Shown here piece after piece: positions 61,867-64,000 of a DNA stretch of 64,000 nucleotides (positions are counted from its first letter, which is position 1; each line of letters starts with the position of its first letter). The notes beneath the pieces were generated by a model. It was not told the origin of the DNA. It saw only the letters and a list, made by a program, of their open reading frames with translations, and made no database searches. The position numbers were made by a program, and so were the translations under genes. Origin of the DNA: an uncultured Gemmatimonadaceae bacterium (GTDB lineage: Bacteria; Gemmatimonadota; Gemmatimonadetes; Gemmatimonadales; Gemmatimonadaceae); the NCBI GenBank assembly GCA_963740355.1, contig CAVUDW010000003.1, forward strand, positions 960,001 to 1,024,000. Reading direction: 5' to 3'.

Positions 61867-63228
61867 CTAGCGAATGCGGGCGACTTCGAGGCGAGCGCCC
61901 TTGTCGTCACGCACACCCATGTACACGACGCCAGGGCCGAATCCGGCGATCACACGACCAAATGGGAATGCAACACGATCGATGAGCGCGCCGCTGCGAT
62001 TCACGACGTCGTACACCGGGCCACCGTTGGCGACCTTGCTGGTGCGAATCCAGAGGTTGCCATCGAGGTCGGCGCGTGTGGCACCGGTGCCGAACGCAGG
62101 ACGATAGTCGGGAAGCTCACTGGCCGGGATCATGTTGATCGACGGCATCTGCATCTGCGTCGGCGGACCACCGCTCGGCGCGGGGCCACTGCCTGCTGGG
62201 CCGGCCGCTTCGAAGCGCATCACCATGCCACCGCCCATCGCACCGCCCCCGCCACCGGCTGCAGGCGCTGGGCCGCCAGCGACGACGACGTTGCCACCAC
62301 CGCCACCAGCCATCATTCGGGCGCGGTTCGCTTCCATCGCCGTCTTCGCCGAGTCGAGGAAGGTCGCCTTCGCGTCGTCGGACATGCGCTCCCACTCGAA
62401 CGGAATCTTCGCCGTGCTGGTGCGCGAACCGTCCGGCGCCAGCCAGTCGATGTGATAGTCGGCACCGCGCACGACAGCGAGTGTGCCATCAGGCAGCAAC
62501 GTCCAGTCATCCACGATCGGCATCGGATTCATCACCATCTGCACCGACACCTGGCCGCGATCATTCTGCGAGACATTCGCCCGCGTCTTCGGAATCTTGA
62601 AGAACGAGGCCGTGTCGAGTGCGCGCGTGGCCAGGGCAACACGAAGGATCGGCGCGGAATCCGGCTGTTCGGGAACACGGAAACCCGTGGTGCGCTCGGC
62701 GCCCGGCGGCGGCAGGTTGGGGCGCGTGAAGCCGCGATACACGATTCGGCCCTTGCTGTCGAAGCCCGGCGTGCCGAACGGACCGCCGATCATGAACTGC
62801 GCATCATCGGGACGCGGGATCGCCATCACCTTCACCACCTTGCCTGCACCATCCAGGACCAGCATCGAGAGCGAGCCCGGATCGACGAAGAGCGACGAAT
62901 CACCACGGTACGGGATCAAGCCACCCGGCCGCGCCCCATACGCGTTCGCCGTGGCAGCCGTCGTATCGGCAACGACCGCTTCGCGCGCAAAGGTCGAATC
63001 GAGCAGCACCAGTTGTCGGCGCACGAGATCATTCACGAGCACCCGACCGCCAGGCAGTGGGCGCACCGAAGAGACGCTTCCCAGCTGATCCGTCGGCGAC
63101 ACACGTGTCACGGGCCCCAACGCACGCACCGGCGGCAGGGCCTGGGCAGATGCGACGGCCGACACCAGCACCGTCGTCGCCAGCGTGGCGGAAAAGAGAT
63201 TGGTCAAGCGAATGAATCGAACGGTCAT
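61867..63228 (-). CDS. Secreted hypothetical protein, probable beta-propeller with Gly-rich insertion
   Basis: Signal peptide; LPGGRVLVND, DLDGNLWIRT, YDVVNRSG. Confidence 0.75.
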   Translation of the reverse strand: MTVRFIRLTNLFSATLATTVLVSAVASAQALPPVRALGPVTRVSPTDQLGSVSSVRPLPGGRVLVNDLVRRQLVLLDSTFAREAVVADTTAATANAYGARPGGLIPYRGDSSLFVDPGSLSMLVLDGAGKVVKVMAIPRPDDAQFMIGGPFGTPGFDSKGRIVYRGFTRPNLPPPGAERTTGFRVPEQPDSAPILRVALATRALDTASFFKIPKTRANVSQNDRGQVSVQMVMNPMPIVDDWTLLPDGTLAVVRGADYHIDWLAPDGSRTSTAKIPFEWERMSDDAKATFLDSAKTAMEANRARMMAGGGGGNVVVAGGPAPAAGGGGGAMGGGMVMRFEAAGPAGSGPAPSGGPPTQMQMPSINMIPASELPDYRPAFGTGATRADLDGNLWIRTSKVANGGPVYDVVNRSGALIDRVAFPFGRVIAGFGPGVVYMGVRDDKGARLEVARIR

Positions 63229-63285
63229 GACGGCACCGAGTTGGGGATGTGTCTCGCGCGAAAACATGCTATCGATTGCCATGGG

Positions 63286-64000
63286 TCATCGGATGATGAT
63301 GGTCTGACCACCACCGCCCTGCGGGATGTTCATGCCGCCCGAGAGGAAACCACCGAAGTCACCACCACCCATGGTACCCGAGCGAATCGACGACAGGTAC
63401 CGCGGATCGAGATGGCTGGCGACGATCGCCGGCAATTTCCGGCGCTGATCCGGGGTGAGCAGGTTCCGGATCGACGGCGCGATCGACTTCAGCAAGTCGA
63501 TCGAGGCTTCACGCGCCTTCTTGTAGCGGCCATAAGCGATGTCCTGATCGTAGCGATCATCGAGTTTCGCGAACTCCTTCACCACCGGGCCCCAGATCTG
63601 GCTTTGGCGAATGGTGAAAAGTCGATTGAGCGTTGCAATGCTGTCGGCCTGCGGTCCGGTGAGCTGGAGCGAGTCGGACTGCCGAAGAATCTGCGCCATC
63701 GGATTGATGGTGACACTGCCTGTGCCATACATCGCATTCAGTTGCGGCTCCGGCACCTTCTGTCCCGGTGTGCGGCGGCCGCGATCGAGCTGCTGCGTCA
63801 GGACCTGTCGCTCACGTGACGCACCGAGGTCGAAGCGCAGCAAGGCGGTCACCGTCACCGGCGCACGGAACGACGTGAACGCCGGTCGCGTGGCGCCGAA
63901 GCGCTGGTTCACTTCATACCGATATCGCTGTGTGGCCGGATCGAAGCCACGCGCATAGAGCAGCGTTGCGTCAGGCTGCGCCGGCTGCCCCCAACCGCGA
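63286..64000 (-). CDS. C-terminal part of a large outer-membrane/TonB-like protein (start lies outside the window)
   Basis: Frame is open to the window edge: RGWGQPAQPDATLLYARGFDP...YRYEVNQRFG. Confidence 0.65.
   Translation of the reverse strand, partial: RGWGQPAQPDATLLYARGFDPATQRYRYEVNQRFGATRPAFTSFRAPVTVTALLRFDLGASRERQVLTQQLDRGRRTPGQKVPEPQLNAMYGTGSVTINPMAQILRQSDSLQLTGPQADSIATLNRLFTIRQSQIWGPVVKEFAKLDDRYDQDIAYGRYKKAREASIDLLKSIAPSIRNLLTPDQRRKLPAIVASHLDPRYLSSIRSGTMGGGDFGGFLSGGMNIPQGGGGQTIIIR

Overview
This is a GC-rich chromosomal segment whose gene repertoire resembles Gemmatimonadota (inference). It holds about 50 CDSs: efflux regulation, secreted hydrolases, DinB/YfiT, a frameshifted hrpB, cspA-infA, transporters, msrB, a stress block (Kef/APC/baeRF3/Usp/MarR), an ATP-cone class II ribonucleotide reductase, the murQ-anmK-nagZ peptidoglycan recycling genes and ggt. 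The standout is a complete IS110 (IS621-type) element at 60526-61675. Its non-coding left end reads as a bridge RNA whose guides match the element's own reconstructed donor junction (ACAGCTA-CT-TGTAT) and its insertion site (TCTGCGC-CT-CTGCG), which lies inside a REP-like palindromic repeat. Other non-coding structure: two arrays built on GGGGTCAGAG (a 25-bp tandem at 16.9 kb and a 71/23-bp composite at 26.6-26.9 kb), a long inverted repeat at 8.3-8.5 kb, predicted TetR and MarR operators in sigma70 promoters, and structured leaders for cspA and nrdJ. No rRNA, tRNA or CRISPR array was found. All family calls come from motif recognition only; no database search was run.
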